Source of the DNA: Chiloscyllium plagiosum
Lineage: Eukaryota
DNA length: 64,000 bases
Assembly (NCBI RefSeq): GCF_004010195.1
Contig: NC_057718.1
Span: 36,715,717 to 36,779,716 of the forward strand
Reading direction: 5' to 3'
Shown here: positions 25,600 through 38,495 of the stretch, in pieces
Numbering within the stretch: position 1 is the stretch's first letter
Layout: each line of letters starts with the position of its first letter
Translations under genes and position numbers: made by a program
The notes under the pieces: model-generated
What the model saw: only the letters and a program-made list of their open reading frames with translations
Database searches by the model: none
Told to the model about the DNA's origin: nothing

Positions 25600-25730
25600 C
25601 ACCTTTGAGTTTTTGCTTCTTAATTTAGTGCTTAGCTCCTCATAGTAATAATACAGAATTCCCTTTCCACAATATGCCTATCTCATTGGTTCCTACGTGC
25701 ACCACTGGACTCTCTCACCTCAGGCCTCGC
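25600..25730 (-). mobile_element. CR1 ORF1 esterase remnant
   Basis: Minus strand gtggtgcacgtaggaaccaatgagatagg = VVHVGTNEIG, the SGNH-esterase GxND-type block of CR1 ORF1. Confidence 0.55.
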
Positions 25731-27839
25731 TCCAACTGTGAATAAATGGCCCAAACAGTTTGGTAAAACCAACCATTTTCATACACTGCCATTAAATGGT
25801 TCAGAATGCAATAACATGTCATTATTTATAATGGACTCTTAAGACTTCATTCTGAAACTGAACATTCATCCAATGTCAGCCCTGGTTCAACAGTCCAGTG
25901 GTATTTGATGATTCATACTTTCCACTTAACAGGCAAAATGGTCAACATTGCGATAATATTAAAGCAGAATCAATGATACCATATCTGATACGAGCTTGAA
26001 CAAAATAGTTGTTTTCCAAATTTCCTCCAGTCAATCAAATTAAGGACCAATTCTAGCTTAGTCCAATATTTAATGAAAAGACTTATCTAACAGATGTGAA
26101 CACGGAAGTCATATATTCAAAAATAATCAATTTGAGGAATTCTTTCACAAACTAATTAAATACAATTGAATTAATTACACACTGACACCTCTGGATAAGA
26201 GAACTTATTCAATATCACAGATGTAATTCTAAAAATAAGATTACCGTTAATGGAACCTGCTGCTTGCTGACTTCTATTTAGCACGCAGCGCACATTTAGT
26301 TTCTTATTTAAATAACAGCATTTCAAAAATTAGCATCTAATACTTGACACATCCCACTTTACCAGTTATAAACTAATCTCATTGTACTAGCGTAATTGAT
26401 TATCCCATTAGTCTCACCACACTGTCTTTTTCATATTTAGTTGAGAGATTTGTTTTAGCTTCTCTTTTTCTCACTACCCCCCCCCCCCCCCATCAACAAC
26501 TCATCCAAAAGGTTGAAGACAGAAGATTTTATCTAGCTGCAAAATAAAGTTAAAGTAAGTAGCAATTACCAAGTCAATACTTAATATTTTTGGAGTGACT
26601 ACTTCAGAAGAGCTTGGTTTTACAGTATTACTTCAATCATCATGGAAATTAGTTAACCACCCAACCCATGCTACTATCTGAAGTTAACATTAGTTCAAGC
26701 CTGACTTATCAGGCATCAATGAGTCAACATAAACGAAAAAGTATTATTTAGATTATTTCATCAATACCTGTGACAGGGGAAGGAGAAAATGGCTACTTTA
26801 ATTCCAAACTATTCCTTTTTTTTTTATATAAATAGTATAATTTAACTGTGAAGCAAATGGTCAAAGAAATAACTTTGCTCCACATCATGAGAAGTTAGGC
26901 AAGTTTATTTGCATTCCTGCCTCCATTTTAGTAGCTTAATTCACTCCATTTAGTTCAGAAACTGCATTGTACATAGCACGATAGATAGACATTTTCTGTA
27001 GACAATTGGAAAATTGTACGAAGTGAATATAGTGTAAAGTAGAAAATTAAAGCTGTGGAATCCCATAGGGCTTAAAACGAATTGCTGAGATTAAGAATGT
27101 TCACTTTGGTATGGCAAGGTGCCCAAAACAACATGTCTAGGCTTTAGGTGTTTGTGTAACTTTGAATACTATAAATTTAATCAACCACACATATTTTGCT
27201 GCATTAGTGGTTTACAAGATCCTTCAGAACTTTGCTTTCAAATCTGATCACATCTACAAAAGGAAGGAAGATCCAAGGTGACAAGGAACGTGCCAAGGGG
27301 AATATTTTATTTCAAAAAAAGATGCAAAACTTCAGATAATATACCTAACTTTAGTCACCCTTCACTGGTCTTTAATTTGGAGGACTAATTTTTTATTCTT
27401 CCTTTAAGATTCTACAATAAAGATTGCAAATAAAAACCTTTCATATAAAAATTCATCACAGGAATAAAATCCAAGAAAAATTGGATGCTAAATCAAAAAC
27501 AGAAATTTTTAGCACAAATGTCTGAATGCTTGCTCAAAATGGATAATTTTAAAGCAGGTTAAGGAAGATGGAAGGGAGTGAAGAATTACATGCCCGAGAA
27601 GACATTGCTCCTAAACTTGGAGAGAGAAGAATTCACCATAGTTTTGTTTAAAAAGGGGGTTTAATAGAGAAAGCTCCATGAGGAAATACACTGGGGGAGA
27701 AAAACAATTTGATTGTGAGACACTGGGATGATCACTGAATGTATTAGAGATAAAACAACATGGTGTTGAAAATTCTTAAAAAGTCTGGCAGAATCGGTAC
27801 AAAGAAAATGTTTCAACATGAAGTCTTCTCCAACGTTAC

Positions 27840-28115
27840 AACACTAAGTTATTGGCACTCATCCAATTCTGGTGTCTTGAGCAATTGCTCCACCACTGGC
27901 AGCTATGTTATCAGCTTCCAAGACCCCAAACTCTGAAAGTCCCACCTTAAAACTCTCTGCCTTTCTTGCCTTCTTGGATATGCTTCTTAAAACCCACTTC
28001 CATGACATTGTTTCACATCTCACGTGTCTGTGTCAAATCTTGATTGGCAGGATTCCTGTAAAGTGTCTCTGTAGGTTTCACTGCTTTAACGGTACTATTT
28101 AAATAGAAGTTGTCG
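27840..28115 (+). mobile_element. L2-like LINE 3' end
   Basis: cttcttaaaacccacttc..cctgtaaagtgtct..ggtactatttaaatagaagttgt resembles an L2 3' tail. Confidence 0.5.
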
Positions 28116-29721
28116 AATGGAAAAATAGGCAGTCACAAAGAGAATGTCCTTTGTAAGTCTGGTTACAGAACCATCATGTTCTTCCAGTATTAAAAACCTT
28201 ACTGTAGAGATTCAAATATGTGGATAAACAGTCATAAACTTGAAAACAACACATGAAAGAATTTGGAGAGGTCCACAGCAGCTCAATGTCACATTTGACT
28301 TTTTGCTGCTCATTCCCTCAGAAATGCATGTGCCATGTTTGCTGTTTTATTAAGAAACTGTCTTCTGCATATATATGTTTGTTCTAAATGCAAATATAGT
28401 TGGATACCCAGAATACCTTGCTTTAAAATTATGCCCTTATGCTTCTGGATTTAGATTGAAACTTAATCCTATCATTTGAACACGCTGACCAGGAAATTGT
28501 TCAGACCTGCTCCAACTTACCTAATGTCATTTTGCTAGGAATGGGGTTGAAACAGGAGGTTTCCACCACAGTCCTAGCCGAGTAAAACTGGCAAAGTTGG
28601 TGCATCGGAGGAATTTCATGGACATGTGGCTAGAGTCCTTCTCACATCATGATAAATCATCCATGTTCTCACTCGCCTATCACACACAACCTCCACACTC
28701 TTAGCACACCTCTCCCACACCCCATCTCCAAGAGGTTCATGGTCTCAAATTTGGGAACACATGCACTTAAATGAGTAAATATTTACACATTTTAAAAGCT
28801 CACAACTCATTAATGATTAACTACTTAACCGTTTCTGTACTATTTTCTACTAAAAACACTCAATGCTCTCGAATCAAAACGTATAATTCTTATCCGGACA
28901 ACTTGACAGTTGCCAGGTTTTCATACCCACGAGGTGGCAGTATACTCCAGAAATCTGCCAAACTAACTATTCTTCACATTAAGGTTAACACATGTTCCTT
29001 CATAACTGTAATTTTTAGATTTTTCATCTACCTTATTTTGTTCTATGGGGAATTAATAGAAATCTTAAAATGAGAATGTAACACTGCCAGAGAAACATTT
29101 TCACCACAGCAAAAGAACAATTCAGCACTACTCCTGCGAATTGCAATTATTTTTGAGCTCTTCCTGCTTAAGTATTCTTGTTAACAATTCACAGAAGTTT
29201 TAACAATACCCTTGTTCCTCAATAAACCAAAGCAGTTATTTAAAATCCAGCAAAATTTGTTTTATTCCAAGTAACTCAAATATTAGTGAAGAATATTTTG
29301 TATACATTATTTTTAGTTTACTTGTCAGATTTGTTCTGGATTGCAGTTCAAGTTATGCTAGCCATTATAGTAAAAGAATTCATGTTAAGTGGCAAGCTCT
29401 TCACCTCTTAAAAACTGAAGTCTATCAATCTTGTGCTTACCCCCACATGGCATTTCAACTGGAACCCTGAAGTCATGTGCATCATTATACTGCAGTTGAA
29501 ATTGAAAGGCACAGTAATAACATCATTGGACTAGTAATCCAGAACTCCAGGTTAATGTTCTGGGGACAAGTGTTTGAATCCCTCGCTGACACACAGCAAA
29601 ATTCGAATTCAACAAAAATCTGGAATAAAAAGCTGATCTGATGTGGTGACCATATAACAACTGTTGATTGTCACAAAACTCCATCTGGTTCATTCATGCT
29701 CTTTAGGGAAGGAAATCTACC

Positions 29722-30025
29722 CTGGGTTGGGAGGTCCAGAATGAGACAGCAATAGGGTGAGGGGGGGAAAAGATTTAAAAGGGACCTAAAGGGTAATGTT
29801 TACATGCAAATGGTAGTGCATGCATGGAATGAGCTGTCCAAGGAAGTGGAGGAGGCTTGTACAAATACAAAGTTTAAAAGACATCTGGATGGATGTAGGA
29901 ATAGGAAGAGTTTAGAAGGATATGGGCCAAGTGCTAGCAAATGGGACTAGATTAAGTGAGGATATCTGGTCAGCATGGACAAGTTGGACTGAAGATTCTG
30001 TTTCCATGCTGCACATTTCTAGGAT
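29722..30025 (+). mobile_element. Short CR1 3' fragment
   Basis: Diverged match to 31680-31980 (tggaatgagctg..tttaaaagacatctggatgg..ctgtttccatgctg). Confidence 0.85.
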
Positions 30026-31992
30026 TGGTTACAAAAAAGAAGGAAGCATATGTCAGGTATAGACAGGATAGATCGAGTGAATCCTTAGAAGAGTTTAAAG
30101 AAAGTAGGAGTATACTTAAGAGGGAAATCAGGAAGGCAAAATGGGGAAATAAGATAGCTTTGGCAAATAGAATTAAGGAGAATCCAGACGGTTTTTACAA
30201 ATACATTAAGTACAAAAGGGTAACGAGGGAGAATAGGGCCCCTCAAAGATCAGCAAGGCATCCTTTATGTGGAGCCACAGAAAATGGGGGAGATACTAAA
30301 TGAATATTTTACATCAATTAAGGAGAATCCAGACGGTTTTTACAAATACATTAAGTACAAAAGGGTAACGAGGGAGAATAGGGCCCCTCAAAGATCAGCA
30401 AGGCGTCCTTTATGTGGAGCCACAGAAAATGGGGGAAATACTAAATGAATATTTTACATCAGTATTTACTGTAGAAAAGGATATGGAAGATATGGACTGT
30501 AGGGAAATAGATGGTGACATCTTTCAAAATGTCTAGATTACAAAGGAGGAAGTGCTGGATGCCTTCAAACGGTTAAAAGTGGATAAATCCCCAGGACCTG
30601 ATCAGGTGTACCCGAGAACTCTGTGGGAAGCTAGAGAAGTGATTGCTGGGCCTCTTGCTGAGATATTTGTATCATCGATAGTCACAGGTGAGGTGCCGGA
30701 AGACTGGAGGTTGGCAAACATGGTGCCACTGTTTAAGAAGTGCAGTAAAGACAAGCCAGGGAACTATAGACCGGTGAGCCTGACCTCAGTGGTGGGCAGG
30801 TTGTTGGAGGGAATCCTGAGGGACAGGATGTACATGTATTTTGAAAGCCAAGGACTGATTCAGGATAGTCAACATTTCTTTGTGTGTGGGAAATGATGTC
30901 TCACAAACTTGATTGAGTTTTTTTGAAGAAGTAACAAAGAAGATTGATGAGGGCAGAGCAGTAGATGTGATCTATATGGACTTCAGTAAGGCGTTCAACA
31001 AGGTTCCACTACTTTTTGTCATTTACATAACTGATTTGGATGCGAGCAAAAGAGGTACAGTTAGTAAGTTTGCAGATGACACCAAAATTGGAGGTGAAGT
31101 GGACAGCGAAGAGGGTTACCTTAGATTACAACAGGACCTGGACCAGATGGGCCAATGGGCTGAGAAGTGGCAGTAGGCGTTTAATTCAGATAAATGCGAG
31201 GTGCCGCATTTTGGGAAAGCAAATCTTAGCAGGACTTATACACTTAATGGTAAGGTTCAAGGGAGTGTTGTTGAACAAAGACCTTGAAGTGCAGGTTCAT
31301 AGCTTCTTGAAAGTGAAATCGCAGGTAGATAGGATAGTAAAGGCAGCATTTGGTATGCTTTCCTTTATTGGTCAGAGTATTGAGTACAGGAATTGGGAGG
31401 TCATGTTGCAGCTGTACAGGACATTGGTTAGGCCACTATTGGAATATTGCGTGCAATTCTGGTCTCCTTCCTATTGGAAAGATGTTGTGAAACTTGAAAG
31501 GGTTCAGAAAAGATTTACAAGGATGTTGCCAGGGTTGGAGGATCTGAGTTACAGGGAGAGGCAGAACAGGCTGGGGCCGTTTTCCCTGAAGTGTCGGAGG
31601 CGGAGGGGTGACCTTATAGACATTTACAAAATTATGAGGGGCATGGATAGGATAAATAGACAAAGTCTTTTCCTTGGCGTCGGGGAGTCCAGAACTAGAG
31701 GGCATAGATTTACGGGGAGAGAGGAAAGATATAAAAAACATCTAAGGGGCAACGTTTTCACGCAGAGGGTGGTACCTGACTGGAATGAGCTGCCAGAGGA
31801 TGTGGTGGAGGCTGGTACAATTGCAACATTTAAGAGACATTTGGATGGGTATATGAATAGGAAGGGTTTGGAGAGATATGGGCCGGGTGCTGGCAGGTGG
31901 GACGAGATTGGGTTGGGGTATCTGGTCAGCATGGACGGGTTGGACCGAAGGGTCTGTTCCATGCTGTACATCTCTATGACTCTATGACTATG
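30026..31992 (+). mobile_element. CR1-clade LINE (HER1-like), 5'-truncated and inactive
   Basis: ORFs 30552..30896 KSPGPD..WRLAN..PLFKK..PGNYRPVSLTS, 30913..31176 YMDFSKAF..KFADD, 31040..31987 LEYCVQFWSP..LERVQKRFTRM; tail tctatgactctatgactatga; stops and frameshifts. Confidence 0.97.
30171..30460 (+). repeat. 145-bp tandem duplication inside CR1
   Basis: 30171-30315 and 30316-30460 differ at only two positions by eye. Confidence 0.95.
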
Positions 31993-32356
31993 ACCTTTAC
32001 TTGGTTTAGCCAACATGTGACTCCACATCCATAGCAATGCAGCTGAATCTTAACTCTCCTCTGTCAATAATAGTCTGGCTGAGGCATCACATCCCATGAA
32101 CAAATGAAATAAAGGATTTCACTTCAGCAAACGCTGTTAAATTTTAATTTTTAAATTTCTGCTGATTGAATCAAAGATAAGACTTGTCCAATAAGCCTTT
32201 ATATGTCAGCATGATGCTGTTTAAATCTGTCACCATAGTTATGTAATCTCAGGAGAATTGTTAATAGTTATAATCAAACAGATAAATTTCAAACTAATTT
32301 TGAAATAAATTCCTTTCAAACATCAAAATGTGACCAGGTAAATACCATAAACTTAC

Positions 32357-32477
32357 GATGAACTGTGTCAAATAGCTCATAAACTACTCTCCTTCCACAT
32401 GTAAAGATGTCTGTTACTTGCAGTTCCTTTGTGAATACTGCAGAAAATATACATTCAGTGCATCTGCCTGCTACTAA
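32357..32477 (-). other. Candidate exon (121 nt, or 81 nt from the acceptor before 32437)
   Basis: atcatttcatctttcag|TTAG...TCATC|gtaagt; open frame LVAGRCTECIFSAVFTKELQVTDIFTCGRRVVYELFDTVH. Confidence 0.3.
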
Positions 32478-32759
32478 CTGAAAGATGAAATGATTTATTT
32501 ACAAGGTCACCATTTCCTAAACTTTTCATTACACCGTAAAAATATTCACAATGTCGTATTTTATCGGAGCAAAAGGCTGGAAATCTCCAAATGTGCCAAT
32601 AATGAAGGACCCTTAAACAAGGCATCAACCAACAGGCTCACTCAGGAATCTTTTGCAGGACTTGAATATTATCATATGAAGCAGCTAAAATAGTATTTTA
32701 GAAGTAGCCCGACGGGGACACGGGGTAAGGAGAGGATAGTAATTTTTGCTCAATATTTA

Positions 32760-33200
32760 CATAGATAGACAATAGGTGCAGGTGAAGGCCATTTGGCCCT
32801 TCTAGCCAGCACCACCATTCATGATGATTGTGGCTGATCATCCACAATCAGTATCCTGTTCCTGCCTTCTCCACATAATCCTTGATTCCACTATCTTTCA
32901 GAGCTCTTTCTTGAGTATCCAGAGACTTGGCCTTTATTACCTTCTGGGTAGAGCGTTCCATATACCCACTACTCTCTGGGTGAAGAAGTTTTTCCTCAAC
33001 TCTGTCCTAAATGAGGACTCACTCATCAGCGGAAACATGCTTCCTCCCTCCAGAGTGTCCAATCCTTTCACAATTTTATATGTCTCAATCAGATCCCCTC
33101 GTAACCTTCTAAACTAGTGTATACAAACAAGCCCAGTCATTCCAATCTTTCAACATATGATAGTCCTGCCATTCAAGAAATTTACCTTGTGAACACACCT
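32760..33200 (-). mobile_element. CR1 3' fragment
   Basis: atagatagacaataggtgcagg..ggccatttggccc is a reversed tail; ctctgggtgaagaag = FFTQR; atcagatcccctcgtaacct = RLRGDLI. Confidence 0.85.
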
Positions 33201-33619
33201 TGTGATAATACACTTATTTCGCAATAGCCTGATAAAAATGATTATAAAACTTCAATAAATCATACAATAAAAAGACCAAGATGTTAGCCATGTGCATTAA
33301 ATTAGGAATCGAAACACAAGGCTAACTGAATATCTGATTTTAAAATTTTGGAATGTGCTGATTTTATACAAAACAACAGGTAGAAATAGAAATGCACAGA
33401 ATTTATAAGGGGATAATATGTTCAGGTTCACAAAAAGTAACTCATATTTGTTTTTTTTTTTAAAATGACTACAGACTCCAAGAATAACAGAATATTGTAA
33501 ATAAAGTGAAAAGCAACTAGATGGATGATGAGCAAAAAAAAAAATGGAGTGTAACAAAACAGGCACACACACAGATATAAAAGGCCAAAATTAAATCAAA
33601 AAGGACATAACTGCTCATG

Positions 33620-34030
33620 AAATAGCAATGTTTGAAAACTGGACAATGCTCAGCACCATGTTAGTGTCCTAAGACACTGAAGCAGTCCATATACAAATGC
33701 AGCAAGACCTGGACGATATTCGGTCCTGGCTGACTAACCACAAATATCATTCACCTCACACAAACACCATGCAATAGACATCACTAATAAGAAGGAAGAA
33801 AGAATCGAGCCATGACCTGAACATTAAATGGCATTAACATCTCTGAATCCTTCACTATCAACACCGAGGATGACTACTGGCCAGAAACTTACTGGACTTA
33901 CATAATTACTGTAAGTACAAAAGCCGGTCAGACAGTAGGAATCCTGATGTGAATAATTCACATCTTGACTCCCAAAAGCTATCTACCATCTACATGGCAC
34001 AAGATAGGACTGTGATGGAATAGTTCCCAT
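33620..34030 (+). mobile_element. LINE family B fragment
   Basis: atgcagcaagacctggacgatatt..ggctgac; ctatctaccatctacatggcacaag..gtgatggaata. Confidence 0.75.
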
Positions 34031-35250
34031 TCGTCACGTTTTCCTAAACTGAGAAGGACCTATTAACATCAACTCTCTGCCTCGAATTAGCTAACTAATC
34101 TTCCATCCATGCTAATATCTAATAACCTTGGATATTTCACATCAAATGCTTTCTGGAAATCTAAGCATAACACATCCACAGGTTTGCTTTTATACGCAGA
34201 ACACATTGCTTCCTCAAAAGAACTCCAATGAATTCTCATGCACTGAATCATGGTGATTCTGTCCAATTACCTCGAATGTTTTAAGCGCCATGCTATAACT
34301 TAAAGTCACGCAACATGGAAACAAGCCCAACTCACCCATGCCAACAGGTTTCCCAAACTGAACTAAACATATCTGCCTGTGTTTGGCCCCTATTCCTCTA
34401 AATCTTTTCTATCCATGTACCTGTCCAAATGTACTTTGCTTCCGGATGACAACATGTTAAGTTAACTGGCTTGTAATTTTCCATTTTCTGTCTCCCTCTC
34501 CTTTTGAATAAAGGAATTACACTCACTAATTTTCTTTTTTAAATAAGTTTGCCCCAAACCTTGGGAATTTCAGAAAATTAAATTCAACATATCAACTATT
34601 TCATTAGCCCTCTCTTTTAAGACTGGAGAGTGAAGGCCATCAGACAGGAAAATTGCAAATTCTGAAGTTTGAGCAATGCATTCAGTACCATTTCTGTGGT
34701 GATTGCAAGATTCTGGAGTTCCTTCTTCAATTCCATTTCCCAATTTATAGCTGCTCCGGGGATGTTACTTGCATCCTCTGCAGTGAAGACTCATGCAAAC
34801 GATCTGCTCAAATCAGCTACTATCTTGTCATTTTTCATTAATTCCCCAGATTTTCTTTCTATAGGACCAGTCTTGCTTATAGAAACCAAGCACCTGCTCT
34901 CTTGCACTAAATTTTCATTCCATGTTCATTTTTAGGCATTGCTGTTTCTCATGTTCTGACATGGCAATTAACCTTTCCAGTTAACCATAGGTGGTGGGTC
35001 TGTCCTTTGAAATGTCTCTTATTCAGTGGAATGCATTTCAAAATAACCCCGTTAAATGACTGGTACTGTATCTCTACTGACTTATCTTTTGATCTAAATT
35101 TCCCAATTTATTTTCATCAGTTCTGCTTTCACACCCCTGTAATTGTCCTTCTTTAAAACTGAAAAAAGCTGTCTTCGGATCCACTTGCCTCAAATTGAAG
35201 TAAAATTCAATCTTAAAGGTTGCTGCAATGTGGAATGGTTGATTTTTAAT
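34030..35250 (-). mobile_element. Old CR1 remnants, including a reversed CR1 tail at ~34300-34430
   Basis: ttaactggcttgtaattt = reversed NY.PV; caaatgctttctggaaatcta = reversed LDFQKAFD. Confidence 0.55.
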
Positions 35251-35329
35251 CTGGTCAGGCAGTATGATTGACAATGATTCTAAAAGACACATTGTTTCAA
35301 CTTGTTCCTCCACTGCTGAATTGCTTTCA

Positions 35330-36255
35330 ACTTATAGATGCAGTATCGTAGAGCCAACCATTCCAGCTGATTCATCAGTAATCTTCCCTTCCATGATGGA
35401 AATGATTGCTGATAATTCCACAATGTTCAGCACCATTCGCGACTCCTGACAATGAAGCAGTCTGTGTCCAAATGAAACAAGATCTGGACAATATCCAGGC
35501 TTGGGGTGACAAGTAACATTCACACCACACAAAGGCCAGGGTATGACCATCACTGATAACAGACCATCTAACCACCACCCCATGACATTCAATGCTGTTA
35601 CCATCACTGAATCACTCACTATCAACATCCTGGGAGTTATCATTGATCAGAAATTAAAATTGATTCACCACATAAACACAATGGCTACAGGAGCAGGTCA
35701 GAGGCTAGTAATACTGCAGCAAGTAATTCATCTCCTGACTCTCCAAAGCCTGTCCACCATCTACAAGGCACAAGCCATGAGTGTGATGGAGTATTCCCCA
35801 CTTGCCTGGATGAATGCAGCACCAAATCTCAAGAAGCTTGACACCATCCAGGACAAAGTGGCCCAATTGATTGGCACTGCAGCCACAAGCATCCACTCCA
35901 CCACTGATACTCAGTAGCAGAATACAAGATGTACTGCAGAAATTCAAAGATCCTCAGACAGCACCTTCCAAATCTATGATCCCTTCCTTCTAGAAGGACA
36001 AGGGCAGCGCCATCGCCTTCAAGTTTCCCTCCAAGCCACTCACCATCCTGACTTGGAGATATATCATAGTGGCTTCATTGTCACCGGGTCAGAGTCCTGG
36101 AATTCCTTCCCTAATAGCATTGTGGATCAACCCACAGCAGGTAGACTACAGCAGTTCAAGAAGGCTGCTCACCACCACCTTCAAGGGCAACTAGAGGCAG
36201 GCAATAAATGCTGGCCAGCCAGCAACACCCACATCCCACAAAATTAATTTTAAAA
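35330..36255 (+). mobile_element. LINE family B (CR1/L2-group) RT 3' half to tail
   Basis: MIADN(FADD); ORF 35543..35917 ILGV.IDQKL..HIN...IYKAQ..SVMEYSPLAW..LDTIQDK; tail ggcaataaatgctggccagccagcaacacccacatccc. Confidence 0.9.
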
Positions 36256-36259
36256 AACT

Positions 36260-37450
36260 GGCTGCTTTTCTCCTTTTCCGGTCTCTTCCTAACTACATCC
36301 ATGACTCTTCAGACACCCTCCTGATCCAAACCAGTTGTTCTTCACTATGGGCATCCAATCTCTTTACACCTCCACCCGCTCCCAGACTGAGGGCTACTAC
36401 CTCTTCCTCGAGGACTAATCAATCCACAGCTACCACCACACTCCAGTGGTCAGAACTCATTCTCACATTGAACAGCTTCTCTCAACTCACCTTTTTCCAA
36501 ATAAAATACATCACCTACATGAGTCCTAACTGTGTTTGTCGTTTTATAGAAGATGTAGAACATGTCTTACCCCATTCATAGTCAGGCCCCCACCTTGAAC
36601 ATTTTGTCTGATATAGTTATCAATGTATCAATACCACCTCCTCCTCTTGCCTGGAATGGGAAACCCAAACCAAATTTGCTAATTTCTCTCATCTTCATGT
36701 GGTCCACCCTTGACTTCTATCTCCATTTCTGGGGAAAGGTTAATAAAATACATTTCATTTTACCCTCATTAACATCCACAGCAAGCTCAAACACCTAAAT
36801 TCATACACTGCATCTTCTAAATGATTTCATTCCATTCTCCCAATTTCCCCACTTCTACTGTAGCTGTTCTAAAGGTACAACTTTCCAAATCAGTTTTTCA
36901 GATATGTCTTTTATCCATAACCAAGGGTTTCATGATTAATGTGGCCCTTAGCATTATACAGCATATTCTGCACACTTCTACACTCACCAATTCTAATCTT
37001 CCCATCCACGCACCAACATCTATATTCAATAACCATTCCCTGCCATTCCTACCACCTTCAGCTTTACCAAACACATCCTACCCTCTTCTCTCCTTTCATA
37101 ATTTCTAAGCAACATCCTTGTCTACTCTCAATACCCAAGCACCTTGCCCCTTCACACTGAGTTTTTCCATGCAAGATTCTTCTACCTTCACTCCTTATTT
37201 CTAAACAAAAACGTCCCAAATACTAGTTCCAGGTGAAGCATAATTTTGATCTACTTTCTTTAATTTAGTACACTGTATTTGCTTCTCAATGTGATCTCTA
37301 TGGTGAAGAGTCCAAATACAGATTGCGCAACTGCTTTGCAGAACACCTTTCAGTCCACAAACAAGGTGTCCAGCCTCATGTGGTCTGCCATTTTAATTCT
37401 CCCGCTTGCTGTCAAGTTGGCATCTGACTTGGCCTTCTGCATTATTTATT
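36260..37450 (+). mobile_element. Very degenerate PLE RT/endonuclease remnant
   Basis: ttcactatgggcatccaatctctttacacctcc = F.M.IQSLYTS; patchy similarity to the other PLE copies. Confidence 0.5.
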
Positions 37451-38389
37451 CTTGCATGAAATATGGACATTGCTGCATTTATTATAGATCCCCAATTGCC
37501 CTTGAGGATCTAAGATTGAGTTATTTTTGATAAATACCATTTTTATTTAATCAAGGAAGTGTTGAATTAAATCACATTAACCAACTACGGTTCGCTGTAA
37601 AACCATTTTCTCAAAAAAAGTAAACAAGGTTTTTGCTGTTACGTGGCTAAAACTGCTAACAAATGAGACTACTTTGGCATAAAAGTCTTTTACTTCAGAA
37701 CAGAGTTATGGTTTAAATTGATTTGGTTTGTAAGTTGGAGTGTGACATGCCTATCGATTTTTATAAGGCTACTATTCCAATATTTATATACTTGTTTTGA
37801 TCTTTTCCCATTCATCAATTAGGACATTTGGGATGTTAGTTATGGTAGGTGACACAACGTACTTTAAGTAGATGCATAAGTGACCCCATTGGTGCTGAGG
37901 CACATTGTACCACTCTGGAGTTGATAAGCTAAGAGAGATACGCTGCTACAAAAGGAACATTCCTACAAGGTATTTGGAAATGAATCATGGAACAGTAAGA
38001 ACTTGATATTGACAAGATGACCATTAGAATTAAAGAAACCAAACAGTAATTGGGAATATACTACTTTATCAATCCAATGCAGACCACGAACTGCTCGTGC
38101 GCTCGTAAGCCTGTTGGAGTTCAGACTGCGTCAGATCATGCACAGCGGGTATTGGCTAGCAAGAGTTAATAAACATTGGTATTTAGTGATTTGGTGCATA
38201 AGAAAGATCAAACAGTGGAATCCCTACAGTGCAGATACAGGCTGAATGGTCTCTCAGGTCTGCACCGACCCTCTGAAGAGCATCCCACCCTGATTCCACC
38301 CCATCCCCACAAGCTCGTATTTCCCTTGATTGTGGATTTGGAAAGTTGTATCGTTAGAACAGATACAGCAAGGTGGAGAAATTGGGAGA

Positions 38390-38495
38390 ATGTAACTGAG
38401 GAAAGGTCACCAGACCCAAACATTAACTTTGATTCCTTTCCACAGATGTTGCCAAACCTGCTGAGTTTTTCCAGCAACTTCTGCGTTTTGTTTTA
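38390..38495 (+). mobile_element. PLE terminus fragment with decayed hammerhead core
   Basis: CTGAGGA-aaggtcaccagacc-CAAA..ccacagatgttgccaaacctgctgagtttttccagc. Confidence 0.6.

Larger units (their letters stand above)
29508..32110 (+). mobile_element. SINE family B split by CR1 insertions (5' part 29508-~29721, 3' part ~31995-32110)
   Basis: 5' part ends gggaaggaaatctacc; it resumes cttacttgg..gtgactcc..cttaact..cacatcccatgaacaaat after the CR1 tail. Confidence 0.75.

Noticed and set aside
31040..31987. Longest ORF (315 aa) as a host or domesticated gene
   Set aside because: It is the C-terminus of CR1 ORF2 entered from a shifted frame; the copy is truncated, has stops and lacks the PQG motif.
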